NCBI GenBank assembly: GCA_030704615.1
Contig: CM060731.1
Location: forward strand, 65,720,001 to 65,784,000
DNA: 64,000 nt
Reading direction: 5' to 3'
From: Takakia lepidozioides
Taxonomy: Eukaryota > Plantae > Bryophyta
Shown here piece by piece: positions 51,581-64,000 of this stretch. The stretch's first letter is position 1; the number at the start of each line of letters is the position of its first letter. The notes under the pieces are model-generated. The model searched no databases. It was not told the DNA's origin and worked only from the letters and a program-made list of their open reading frames with translations. Position numbers and translations under genes: made by a program.

Positions 51581-51722
51581 CTATCACACCTGCAGGTTTC
51601 CAAAGCTATGGTTGAAGCACACCTCAGGATTTGCCGAGGACAGCAAGGAATCTATCACACCTGCAGGTTTCCAAAGCTATGGTTGAAGCACACCTCAGGA
51701 TTTGGCGAGGACAGCAAGGAAT
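51581..51722. repeat. Recent 71-bp tandem duplication
   Basis: 51581-51651 equals 51652-51722 with one mismatch. Confidence 0.95.
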
Positions 51723-52974
51723 GATGAACAAGGCTGCGGCACATGATGGGTAGCACTGATGTACACATGGTGAAGAGAAGATGCTGCAAAGATCGGGGCC
51801 GTGGCTTGGCCTTTCGCAGCATCTTCAAGAGCCATGCTGCCCATCGTGCTGCCAACTCTCGTGTTCCTGGTTCCCATCTGCCAACGTGCATGTGTCAGAA
51901 TAACCCACGCAATGTAGATCCTAGCACTCAACCAACACTTTCCAGTAAGAAGTGAATCCCCTAAAACGAATCTGCACGGCCTGCAGCAGCTCAAATCATG
52001 TGCAACCTTTAAAGGCTTTAGCTCTGGATACAAAAGAACACTCCCATACTAAAAAATCGAGAACATTTTCGCCCTCATCAGAAGACTAACGATGTGTACA
52101 GACTAAGACCTACACCTGTTCATTGATCAATCGAGAGAAAACGATGCTACCAGACATGAGCAAATTGCCACAGTCTGCACTCACCTGCTGAGCACCGTCA
52201 TTTGGGCCATACCAATTTTGAGAGTTTGCTCCATGCGACGCTGACGCTCTATCTGACCTGTCGAGGCTGACTGCGATGAAGCACTTCGTTTCATACCCAT
52301 CCTCGCAGTTGATTCCCTCTTCCATGGCCTTCCAACCCGGATACGACAATCCCTCACTACCACTACCCCTTTAGATGGCTGTGGGATCTTTTGGCGCAAC
52401 CTGATGCCAAATGCGCAATTTACATTGATGTGAGGAGCTTACGGAGTTTCTGCTTCGTACCGGCAAAATGGTGTAAGGCGAACGATATCGAGAGATGGTA
52501 ATCAAGGATGTCTAAAAAGCACACACAGTGTATATGGAGCGGGTAGAGGATTTGTTGATACAAGTGCGTCCGACTCTTGCAGCTGTTTGCAGCTCCACTA
52601 TGCATTGCTCGCCCAGCGCACGCCACACCGCCACTATTCTCTCTAGGCTTACCTGTTCAGAAGCAAACCCTCCAAGCATGCAAGACGCAAGTGTTGCATA
52701 GGGCACAGCAGACCTCACAAATGAACGGCTGGCTCAGGGTTCTGTGTGTGTCAGTCCCGACAAAAATTCTGTGCGCTGACCCATCAGAGCTTTGCTCTTG
52801 CACATGCTGCCAAAACATGAACACTCACAGGGGTACTGTACGCGTGTAGTGTGAACAGTGTACATATCAGGACGATCAGCTGCCTCCTGCATACAATACA
52901 TCCAAGCCCTGCCAAATTCTAGCGACGACTGAAGGTCGGAGACTAGTTTAGCGTGGAGCAGGAATAGGGTGCCA

Positions 52975-53545
52975 TAGCGCCACGTGATCATCACCATGTC
53001 ATCCTAGACACGTCATCATAGACACGCATCTTCGCCATGTCATCACAGCCACGTCATCGTCGTCATGCCACGTCGTCGACAGCCACAGTGCCACACCATC
53101 CGTCGCCATGTCATCGTAGACACATCATTGTAGCCACGTCATCACGCTGCGTCGTTGTCGTCAGCCATAGTGCCACATCGTCATGGTCATGTCATCATAG
53201 ACATTGTCATTGTAGCCCGCAGCATCAGAGCCACGACATCGTCGTCACGCCACGTGTCATCGTCAGCGAGCGCCACATCATCGTCGTCATGTCATCATAG
53301 CCACGTCATCATCGCCATATCATCTAGCCCCTCATCACACCAAGTCGTTGTCTCCAGCCATAGTGCCACATCATCATTGTCATGTCATTGTAGACACGTC
53401 ATCATAGCCACATCATCATAGCCACGTCATCGTCATCACGCCACATCATCGTCATCACGCGTCGTCAGCCGTAGTGCCACATCATCGGCACCACGGCATC
53501 ATAGCCACGTCATCGTCGCCATGTCATCGTAGCCACAGCATCTTC
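52975..53545. repeat. Low-complexity GCCACGTCATCGTC-type repeat tract
   Basis: Many shuffled GCCACGTCA/GCCACATCA/CATCGTC units. Confidence 0.9.
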
Positions 53546-53740
53546 GTCAAGTTTTTTGAAACCTGCCCGAAATGCCCGAGGTGTCTTGCAGGGCGGGGAA
53601 GAGACTATGATGTCCCCGCGTGCCTAAGCACGGAGGGGTTGCACGTTTCAGAGACTGATCTCGGAGGGAGATCCTCCATGGTGGATGCTGCACAACGTTT
53701 TTGCTTTCAAAATTGGGAAGTTCTCTGGGGTATTGGAGCA

Positions 53741-54810
53741 GGGAAGAAGGTGTTTGGAGTGTTCTAAAAGGCACACCAATATGCAAACAATCCTGAGTTT
53801 CTTGGGTGCGCTGAAAATGCACTAGGATTGCGAGAGTGGCTGGAATCAATGGGCCATACCTACGTTGTGACCTCGGACACGGACGTCCCTGAGTTTGGTA
53901 CTAAAGAATTTTGCGCTCACGCTTATGTACTCAACTTCGAACTATAGATTCGAGGACACAAGGGTGCCCCCCATTCTTACCAAGTAATGTGCATGATCAC
54001 ATGTACGCAGAGTTGGATAAGGAGTTGCCGGATAGCAACATCCTCATATCCTCATAACGACGCCATTTCATCCTGCCCACATGACTTCCGATCGCCTCAA
54101 GAAAGGCAAAAAGTTAGAGCTCCTGGTGACAGCGGGCGTGGGCTCAGACCACATTGATCTTAAAACAGCAACTGCGGCTGGTCTCACAGTGACCGAGGTC
54201 ACAAGTTTCAATTTTGAATGCCGATCCCACCTTCATCTGAGCTATTACAGGCCAATTGTTAGATTGGTTTCCAGCGTAACCCACTAGGAATGCTCTTACT
54301 CTGGAGCTGATTGTGGTGATTACGTGATTACACACACCAGGGTAGGACCCACTCGGTCTACAACCGCCTCCCACACAAATCTGGTTGCAGGTTTGATCGA
54401 GTGTTATGTGGGTTGGCAAGATTTGACATATGATTACCCCTGAACAGAGATGTGGCAGATAGCGCTGCCCAGGGTTACACTGCCAGAAATACGGAGGCAG
54501 AATGGAGGCAGTATATAGCCCTTGAGGTAATCTTAGGGCTGGTGAGAGGGAGGGAGCACAGAGAGGAGACGTTGATCAACTCTTTTTACACGCAGTGAAT
54601 GCATGTGAACCTAGTCTTGTACGGTGACTCTGGGAAGACTTTCTCGCACAAACCTGCATGTTGGGAGACAGGAAGCAATGTGACATCCGTGGCAGAACAT
54701 GAGTTGATGCGCATACTGGTTCTGGTGCGAAACTTTCTACCAGGATGGAAGCAAGTGTTGGAAGGGCGCTGGGACGTGGCAGAAATAGTTCACAGATCAC
54801 ACGACCTGGG
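53741..54810 (+). pseudogene. FDH: NAD-dependent formate dehydrogenase pseudogene, 3'-truncated
   Basis: [68 protein letters not shown]; premature TAA, frameshift, no NAD-binding domain; introns retained. Confidence 0.9.
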
Positions 54811-56281
54811 AGGCAACAAAAGAGGCCAGATACCCCAACAAGAGGCCCAAGAGCCCTCAGAAAACAAGAAGCCTGAGCTTCTCAAAGTATGCACAGCCAA
54901 ATTCCCAAACAAGGTCGCAAGTAAATTTCAGAAGGTTTGGACAGGGAGTTCGGGATGCATCACAAGTGATGTGCGAAGTACTCGAGCAGGACTTTCAAGT
55001 ACCACATTTTGAGCTCACCAGCAAGTCACGGGGACATGCTTTATTGATATGGGTAAGCACTCACTTTTGTATGCTCTCCGCAATACAAGGCGCCTCCCTA
55101 AAGTACGAGAGGTTAGATACAACTGTACATGATGCATTTGTTGACTGCCTGCATGTACATAATCCGTAAAATTGGTTGGGGGAAAGCTATGATGTGTCAA
55201 CGTGGACTTGTTTATGGACGTCTTTATCCACTCAAAGTGTACTAACACAGTTGAAACCCTCAAGCCTTTCCACCTGAGATCACTGATGGAATGCAGCTGA
55301 GTCTCAACCCCAAATCCAATCATGACTGGAGAGGACATGTTGCTCCAGGAGCTATGATAGAGTACATGAGTATATCGATAAGCTTGTGCGAGACATAGCA
55401 GCAGACAATGGATGCCTTGCTACCAGCTACGACACAGTATCTAAACAGACTGGTTGGAAAATACACACTATCAAATCTTACTTCAGGGGGAAACCTCAAC
55501 ACACACTAATAAGGCTTTTCAGATGGGCAGCAGGACAGAAATATCATTGCTCCCTCCTTCACGCCTTCTGTCCCCTCTTGCAGAGCCACACTCTTCTCTA
55601 TCCCCTGGATTCATGTTTGCCTGCGCAGCTGCACAGTAACTGAATTAGCTGGTAGATTCACACCGATACTTTCCTTTGCAGAAATACAGATAAAATCGAT
55701 CAATCACGTACACTGCTACAATCATAAAACATTTAAGCCTTGAAGATACAACAATTTAGATATTTTTAGGACAAGGCACGTGAATATTGTTGCAGATGAC
55801 ACAAGCTTTCAAAAACAGTGGAACTGACCCCACTAACAGCTTGAGCATTTTCAAAGATGGACTGGTCTACAATGTCCATATCGTAGTACTCAAGCTGTGA
55901 GTGTTAATTCATCTGCAATAAGCTCCATAAGCAATTCCGCAGCACGGGGCGTCCTCCATGCCCACCCTGATATTCAAGATGATCAATAATGATGGCCATT
56001 GATCCTATAAGGTAATGAGTGTTTGTTAAGTGACACAATAAGGTTACCATCAGTACACTCACAGCCTTACCTTGAACAGGTATCAGCAGCTGAGGCAGCT
56101 CTAAACCCCAACTCATCTACCTTCCAACTCTGCAACATACTATTATGACATTGGCACACCATGCAAAATCCCGAACTTCCAGCCTCCCCAACTGCCAGAG
56201 ATGAAATCCCCAGAAATGGAGAAACCTGAATGGGGAGTGTACTAGTCCTTTGTCTGGCTATGCAGATCTGCCTCTTTTGCC

Positions 56282-57908
56282 TTACAACCATGCTGGGTGG
56301 TCCACTGGAATACGAACAAGATCTGTGTCGAAAAGCTCAATGAACTGCAGCCAAATGACAACCAAGATAGTAAAATTGACAACAACTTGACCGACTTAAA
56401 AGCATGCGCAGGCAGAGAGATACAACCGACCCTAAATCTATCACTGAGCCCATATATCTTCCTCAAGGTATATCCCTTCTAACCTGGAGTGAATATCGTT
56501 GTCTATGCAGTCTGGAGATCTCCAAAGCCTCACTGGTGGACCTACAGAAAGAAGCATCCACAATAATTGGGTAAACTGGTGGCTGGTTCTAGTGGAAGAG
56601 TACCTGCTCATTAAGTAGGCGGACCTTGCTGCCAGCATAGCGTCGATACTCCTCAAATATGGCAGTCAAGTTCCACCGCTGCAGTTTCCTCAGACAACCT
56701 ATCACTGTGCCTGCCAACATCATCAGAGCACCATCGAGGCTTGCCATTAGCTCAGAGAAACAGAGAAGGGAAATTTCAGAAGGGAGGAAAAGGAAGGGGA
56801 ATTTCAGAAAAAACTGTAGCTAAAAGGAAGGGAAAACATAATGATGTGGCTGTACCACAAGGACCCATCAGATGCACATACCAGTTCGGTGGCGTCCAAA
56901 GTTGCACATCACATGTAGTGGATAGTACTGTGGCGATAAAATGACCTGAATCCAGTGTTTTGATAGCCATCACAGGTCTCAGAATAGGATGTGCAATTCA
57001 GAGAGTAGGGTGCATGTTGACACATGAATTATGACGTGCATTAGCAAAATATAAATAGCTGGGAATATATATGAAGCTTCTCTCCACCAAGACTTTCTCA
57101 TTGGAGTGGGAAAAGGAGTGTGATGGATATGTAAGAGACCTGTAACGCAGAGAGGACCTCTGCCTCAGACATGGGGCTGGCATCTAAGTTGGACTCGTCG
57201 TTGGCTCCAGAGGGCCTAATCAAATCGATCCCTTGGTCGTCCAAAAAACTTAAACTGATATCAGAGGACATGAAACACAGTAGCCAAGGAAATCGTGATT
57301 ACCAGAACCAACTGAAGGTCCAACTGGACCATTTGAGTCTGTGAAAACATTTTTTCCTGATTTTCAGCAGAAGGTCTTCAGAATTCAATGCATGGCACAA
57401 GGTGCCAAGCTACATCCTTTGTAACTTCTAGAGTATTCTGGATTTGAAACAGGCTCGTGGCTTAATATTGCTGACACCCACCCACTGATTGGAACGTAAG
57501 TACATTCCATCTCGATGACTGACCATCTAGTGCCTCTAGCTAAACCCTAAACCCACACTTTGTTTCAACTTGACAAAATTCAGTACCCTTCTTAGTGCTT
57601 GATCCAGGAGAGAGGACATACGGACCGACCCAGTGCAAGCTGATACAACCGTGTGGTCCACAAATCAACCTGACAAACCCAGTACTCCCACCATTAATCC
57701 ACCTTCCTTCAAGGGTTCTGTAAGGGAAACCATACAAAGGCTGGGAAGGATCATCTGGGGAGAGGTAGATGACCGTCTTGAGATTGAGACGCTCCAGAAA
57801 CGGAAAGTTAAGCTGGTGGCACTGTCCCGAGCGGCTGAGATCATACTCCACCATCCCATAGTTGCAGGGCGGAACAAAGTACGACATGGCTGATTTTGGG
57901 CCTGCCAT
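56282..57908 (-). CDS. OCA/SIW14-family (PFA-DSP, Y_phosphatase2) atypical dual-specificity phosphatase
   Basis: Exons 57908-57736, 57254-57140, ~56945-56882, 56710-56604, 56334-56282; [35 protein letters not shown] (CX5R), [21 protein letters not shown]. Confidence 0.9.
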
Positions 57909-58337
57909 GCCCTTTCACAAGTTAGAGCGAGAAAAAGTGTACTTCTCAGAATGTGATTGTTGAAGGACAGACCCAGAGACAGAACTGGAGACAGAATGAG
58001 AAAGCATAAGGTGGGAGATGCACTCACATCTTTACTCAGCAACGGATCCTCCACGCATGTGAGCGATCAATTGAGAATGCAATCATGACCTTCCACGCGG
58101 GCGCACAAGCACCTTGCCACGGACACTGCTGCAGGACGGCTCTCCCATACACTGTCTCGAAAGTATATGGCTCAATATGAGGCCCACTTATGGAGCAATA
58201 TAGCTCAATTTGAAGCAAACTCTTGTTATGTTTTGTAGCGTTCAGATCCAGCCCTGGTGCTTGGTACCGTTGGAAAGCCCTCGATGAGGAGTGGTGCAGC
58301 GTGGCTCGAGTATAACTTGGAATATAAACACATAACC

Positions 58338-58803
58338 AACCTCGGTTATGTCCGGTAGACGGGAGGCTTGATCGGTTACCGGGCGTAGCCGGACACTAGG
58401 GAATCCCTCGATGCTATCGCGTTTCCGCACTCTTGGTGTCCGGCTACACCTCGTAGCCGGTCTGGCTACCTAGTCCAAAAAAAAGACAACCAGCATGTAG
58501 CCCAGTGGTAATGGGCACATACCATGGATATGCTTGTGGGTTCAAAACCACGGTCTGGTGTGTCATGAAGGTGTCCACCTGTCAGATGGAAGACAGTAGC
58601 CCTTGTGGTGACAGCCATCCTTAAGGAATATTAAAGCTCAATATGTCCAAAAACCTCGGTTATGTCCGGTAGAGGGGGAGGCTTGATCGGTTAGGGGAGT
58701 AGCCGGACACTACTAGGGAATCCCTCGACGATACCACGTTTGGGCACTCTTGGTGTCCGGCTACACCCTGTAGCCGGTCTCGCCTCCCCGGCTACCTAGT
58801 CCA
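58338..58803. repeat. Two direct copies (~140-150 bp) of a hairpin-rich GC element
   Basis: 58338-58477 resembles 58652-58803; internal GTAGCCGGACAC..GTGTCCGGCTAC stem; both copies end GGCTACCTAGTCCA. Confidence 0.85.
58492..58556 (+). mobile_element. tRNA-derived SINE-like head
   Basis: A box TAGCCCAGTGG (58498) and B box GGTTCAAAACC (58539) at tRNA spacing; no convincing cloverleaf. Confidence 0.55.
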
Positions 58804-60599
58804 TAATATCATTTGATCTATGAATAGATGAATATACATAGACAATCAGCCATGAATAGAACACATTAAAAACATAAGGAGCATGTGCCCAGATGGAACC
58901 ACTTGAGGTACAAGGTACTTCATGTTACATATGCATGAATACTAATGTAGTAGGCCAACAAAAATATGAAAAGATGAGTGTTAACATGTGCCCAATTGGG
59001 AACTTAAAACTTTCATGTTCCCATTAACTCTCATGGGAACAACCCATGATATAAGGTTAAGGTCACTTTGGCCAACTTGATGCGTAGTCCCTACCCTGTC
59101 GGGCAGGGCCAACAAATTACCTGCATAAAGGGGAGGTGGGCATGACTCAACACAACACACCATTCGGACCCTTGACACAGTGTAAGGTGCTTTGACCACT
59201 TGACTCATGATGCATAATCTCTCTCTTCTATTAAAGAGAGCCAACAAATGATCTCAACAAGGTATTTTGTCAACGCCAATTCATCATTTAGACATGTTTT
59301 CTTCACTTTCACGCATGTAGCTTTCTGGCCAAGTGCAATTGGCAAGGAGCATAACACATGTGAGTTCGTCTTCACATTTTGACCATGAACATATTGAAAT
59401 TCTCACTGAGCAACAGTCTTAGGAAGTACGCCAAGAACTGCATGGATGCTGGGCATGTGCTACTATGCTAAAGCTTGCACTCCAGTTAGATATATCAAGA
59501 TTTATGGTGGTAATGCAACTGGATTTCCATCTTTGGTAGCATGGTGCTGAGGTGAAGGATGATTTTGTGTGCGCAGGATGCGGAATGTATGGAAGGGTCC
59601 ACTTTCTTATTTTATCTGATTAACTCAGACTCACAGCAAGCATATGCCATAGATTTGTGTGAAGAGAGCTTGAACCATAACTTCTCTCCTCCTCAACAGG
59701 TTGGACATGAACCCCATGGTCAGATGTGTCTCAACGAGCTTTTTGGCTGTTGTTTCACTAGATTTACGTGAACGTCTGCGGTTTGGAGAAGGGCGTTTGT
59801 ATTAAAAGCCAATCTGCCTTGATTTAGTTGCTGTTGATATGTCATGTTTGTTCCTTCAAAGCCCTGATTAGCTCTTTCTTCTTCTGTGCTTGTTTTGATC
59901 TCAAAACATACTGACAAATTTGACCAACCTGCCTGCATTATGGTTGCTTCTGTTGACCTTCAGACTTCATTTGTTTAGATCTTTTGCCATTGGGGGGGAG
60001 AAGATTCAAGCTCCCTAGGGTTTTTCAGTCTTTTCTACTCTTAGGGTTTTCTTTTTATCCATAAATGGCTTTGGTGTAGTGAAAGGATCACATGGAGCAT
60101 AAATGCATGATGAGTGCAGTGAATAGGACAGCATAGACTGTTGTCTCCTATATACAGGAAATCCTGATATCCTGATATTGAGGATTGCAGTCTATCAGAA
60201 TATCTTTGAGATTCTAGAGGATCTCTTCGAGAGAAAGACCGGGATTTGAATGGAGGACATTTGTTTTTCAAACACTCTGGAATTGGAAGTGTTATTAACT
60301 ATGTTAAACGGCCAGTAAATGCGAAGTTCTCCGCTTTCTGGCTACCAAATTTCCTACAAAGAATACCTACAATTCCCATGTGTTAAGTGCTCAATAGAGG
60401 ATTGCTTAGCTCCAACTACTGTGCCAAGTAGATCTTGCATGATACTAACCTGAGATTATCCTCCCAGTAGTCATTGACAAAAAGGTTACTATGATGTGAG
60501 GAGCCCAGGGACATAGAAAGGATTAACATGTGGTGAAGTGTATGACATGCACATGTTGCCAGGGCAAAGCTTCACACCATGTAAGATAGTTGAGCCGAC

Positions 60600-63500
60600 T
60601 TATGATGATTCTCCACTAAAGCCCCGCCTCGGCCTCAAAATACCTCCACTGCATAAGACAGCAATAGTATGAATAATAAGTACTCAATAGAATTTTAACA
60701 TACAGGCAAAGCAACATGTGTAAGACTTCAGCTTGCTACTGCCACAGAAAAGTTATATCACACCATTGTATTGGTGTGCATGTACTCGATCTTTACTAAG
60801 GGTGCACTCGAAATGTACCTGCTTCTGAGATCATCCTCATGTGCTTCCAGCTACACCATTATCACCACCACCAAATCCACCCCAGATTTGTTAGACACCA
60901 AATTGTGATATGCACTTCATCACAGGTCCACAGAACCAACCTAGGTGTAAACTCGCTCTAAACTATTGAAGTAACTCATTGTCTCCACTGAGGTTGTGCA
61001 TGTGAAGTCAAACTGTAATAGTGCTATCTCTGATGCTATCCCATGTAAGGATTTCCTCAGGAACCACTGAAGAGGTGAAAATAACATACTACATCTAGAT
61101 CCAGTGTGGACTAAGAATGACGAAGTGTAACTGATGTATATCGCACCACCCTCACCTAAGTAACAGTACTGATATGCCCAGTTGTTCGCATGGACCCTCA
61201 CAGTAGGAAGGACACAAGCCAACCTAGGATAGGGGTAGCAGCAAACCTCATTTGAAATGGATTCCCTCGAACCAGGCACAAAAAATAGTTGTTGACATGC
61301 AATGGCAGCAGCACTTCGTCCCGAGTTGAGCAAGTACGCCAATCGAATCAGACAGGCCACCACATAATTGTAAATGCTGCATACATCACACAGAAAACAA
61401 CCAGTTTATAAATGCATGTGGAAGCAGCAGGTAAGTCCTAATTGATTCTGTGTTATCAGTTCCCACAGGCATCTAGTGATGCAAAGAGTGTATGTTCAAA
61501 GTTGCACTACAAGCCGTAGGAGAAACATCTGTACACACAACAAGGATGTACAACCTGAGTCGATGGCGATTACAGGCTGCAAAAAATGCCACAAACCCAT
61601 TGATAATACTTCGCACTGCACGGAAAACCTGCAGACCAGTACGTTATCAGCATTCCACTGCTTGGATGCAGATGGTGCAAAGGTCAAGGGTTCCACATCT
61701 ACATTGAGGTGGACATATGCATCCAAGCATTTGTAAGTACGGCTGTTATATCTAGCACAAAGGAACCTACACAGACTTTCATCTGATTTAAGATAGTGAC
61801 TTAACCAGCAATATGATGGCCTAAGTCGTAACAACCATCCTCTTCTAACCGTGGGATCTTGTTCTTTCATTCCAATCATCTTGAGCAGTTGAGTACAAAC
61901 CTATAACTTAACTTCCCTAAGACAATTATTGAGATTAAAATAGACATCAGGACCCTTGCATCCTGAGCAGGGAACTAGGAAATCTGAACCCTCAAAAGCA
62001 AGAATGTAAGAAATTTAAAGAGCCTTACGATGTACAGATCCTCCTTAACAATATAAATTAGCAAGTTACATCCATACTGTAGGTAACACACACCCACCTT
62101 GGCAAAGATGTCATTCCAAAGAGCACGCCATATGGAAGGACCTGGCACTTGTGCATCCTGTATAGATGGGAAAGGAGGCAAACTAGAGGCAAGGCAGAGC
62201 TGCAGCGTTTGGCTTAGTGCCTTCATTAGCCCTGCTGCCAAAGTCACAGTCATACGCACCAATTGCACTGGCAGCCGTAGCACCGCCCACGCAGCCGCCA
62301 ATAGTGGATACACCCCTGCACCCCCCTAACCATTATTATCTGCACAACACCTCCAACTGTGTGCATATTCATGCAATCTGCAGCTGCATTGCATCTTTCA
62401 TATGATAAATAAAGCGGATTGAAGGTTACAGAAGATGCCTGATGCAAATGTGAAAGATGAGCGTAAGAATTCCTTGATCAGGAAGCTTTTTAGTGAGGCC
62501 CAAGAACCCCAAGATACAATGCGACAGGAAGAGCATGAGTGCACTGTGACACCCATGAAGGGATTGAAACCAATGGGCAGAGGTCCTCACCAAGACTCCA
62601 GAGAGCACTAAGAAGGACACAAAATGGCCAGATAAGATAGCTCAAAAGGCTGCTGATACTGATCAAGGTTGAGGAGATGATTGTTGATATCAGATTCCCA
62701 AACGCAAGGACTCCTTCAAAAACCACAGTCCAAAGCGGCAGCAGCGCGTCGCCTAATACTGCTAGTGGCTCTACAATAGGTCGCATTAACAATGACGACA
62801 AGTGTCTAACAGCCCGTACAGTCATAAGGACCCACTGAAACGCCTTTTCGCAATTCTGGAGAACAAGCATCGTACCCAAGTACTTCAATCGAGATACCAT
62901 CTCCCATGCTTCTATCCACTCAAAGAGAGGACCACAGATCCGAGCCGCAGTAGCCTTGAGAACAGGAACATTCTTGTACAAGTCATAAAAACCAATCAAT
63001 ACCGTGACCACTGATACAATATAGTAAATGGTTCCACAAAGTGGCCTCATCCAGGGCCAATACAAGTGGGAAAAAATAGGATATGACTGCAGGAAGATAA
63101 CCCACGGTGGCAGTCCTGATTCCAACATCTTTAACAACCGCGGTTCAGCTGTGATAATACGTCGCAACTCAAATGGTAGCATAGGTTCAGCAAACTTAAA
63201 AACAACTAAGGTATCCCGGTATGTCTCTGCTTCATTAAATGGGTGACAAGTTTCGAATAAATAATGGTTTCTGATTTCTTCCCTTTGAAAAGTTTCTGGC
63301 AAAAAGCATGCTCCAACTTGAAGAACATCAGTCCTGCTATGGGTGCCCGGTGGTCGACCCATATCAAAGTTGTTGTAAGACAAAGCTCCACACAAGCCCC
63401 ATGCATCTGCACTTTTACCCCTATTTTCAATGGTGTTCAACGAAGATAATATACAATGGTTTCTTTGTACATTTGCCAAGTTGGCATGCAGCTCTTTTGC

Positions 63501-64000
63501 ATTCTCATGCCTCTCTTGGGAACAAAAAGAACACGTGCAATCCAAAACCTCTTCTTGGATGTGCTGTCTGCCTGGGGTTTTATCCTTTCCAGCACCGGAA
63601 CACCAGGCATAGCACTCCCAAGAACCTCTGCCATGACAAAGAGCACCAGTCTTTGCCTCATCATGGGGAGATGAAGGAGGTGTAAGGAACTCAAGCGTCC
63701 TTCGTGGCTCATCCTCGCAGTCCAAGAGGATGCCCGTTTTGGTAGACCTAACAGGGCCAGAGTCACTAGCCCCCTGAACACATCTTCTCTTCAGCTGACT
63801 CCAGCCTGTCACTTCAGAACTCCAGACATTATGTGAGCCATCCTCCATTTCAGCGGCCATTGCTGAAGTACACCTGCATCTACTTGCAGGACTTTCAAAT
63901 GGAAAACGTTGGTGAATGTCATCTTCTGAAGCGCTGGTAGATGTTACACCATCTCGCAAGATCGGCTCCTTCCACTCTGAAGCATAAAAAATTTGTGCAT
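60600..64000 (-). CDS. Conserved plant uncharacterised membrane protein; 5' end outside the window
   Basis: LESGLPPWVIFLQSYP..VTVLIGFYDLYKNVPVLKATA..SRLKYLGTML; downstream exons ~62336-62098, 61628-61555 (VFRAVRSIINGFVAFFAACNRHRL), 61376-61247, 60850-60819, 60648-60600; splice phases consistent where checked. Confidence 0.8.

Noticed and set aside
54204-54670. TE insertion in FDH
   Set aside because: Bounded by GT..AG, and splicing restores the EVT-x-SN frame, so probably an intron
57541-57554. Telomeric repeat
   Set aside because: Only about two units; at most a telo-box
58492-58556. Functional tRNA gene
   Set aside because: A and B boxes are present but the acceptor and anticodon stems are not convincing

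Overview
Eukaryotic, intron-rich plant genomic DNA; a non-seed land plant is likely, but that is inference from gene content. Positions 1-19.3 kb are a rearranged nest of transposon fragments: a CRE-like non-LTR RT, a chromovirus Ty3/Gypsy pol with its 3' LTR, a CACTA element, a Mutator-like (GCM-finger + DDE) transposase and an intronless TAA1/TAR aminotransferase fragment. Positions 22-64 kb hold host genes, mostly on the minus strand: a SPLAYED-type SWI2/SNF2 ATPase (22055-42542), an OCA/PFA-DSP-type phosphatase, a conserved plant membrane protein, and a formate dehydrogenase pseudogene on the plus strand. The main result is a spliced gene lying head-to-head with the Mutator-like transposase. 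It encodes a ParB/DGxHR-like domain and a degenerate amino-methyltransferase-like domain, and two of its introns carry arrays of one 22-bp palindrome (one array regularly spaced at about 75 bp). The gene was split by a CACTA insertion and a later ~13-kb inversion. Its two halves can be rejoined on three independent grounds: a 3-bp TSD, restoration of a repeat unit, and matching splice phase. All domain calls are by motif recognition only, not database searches.
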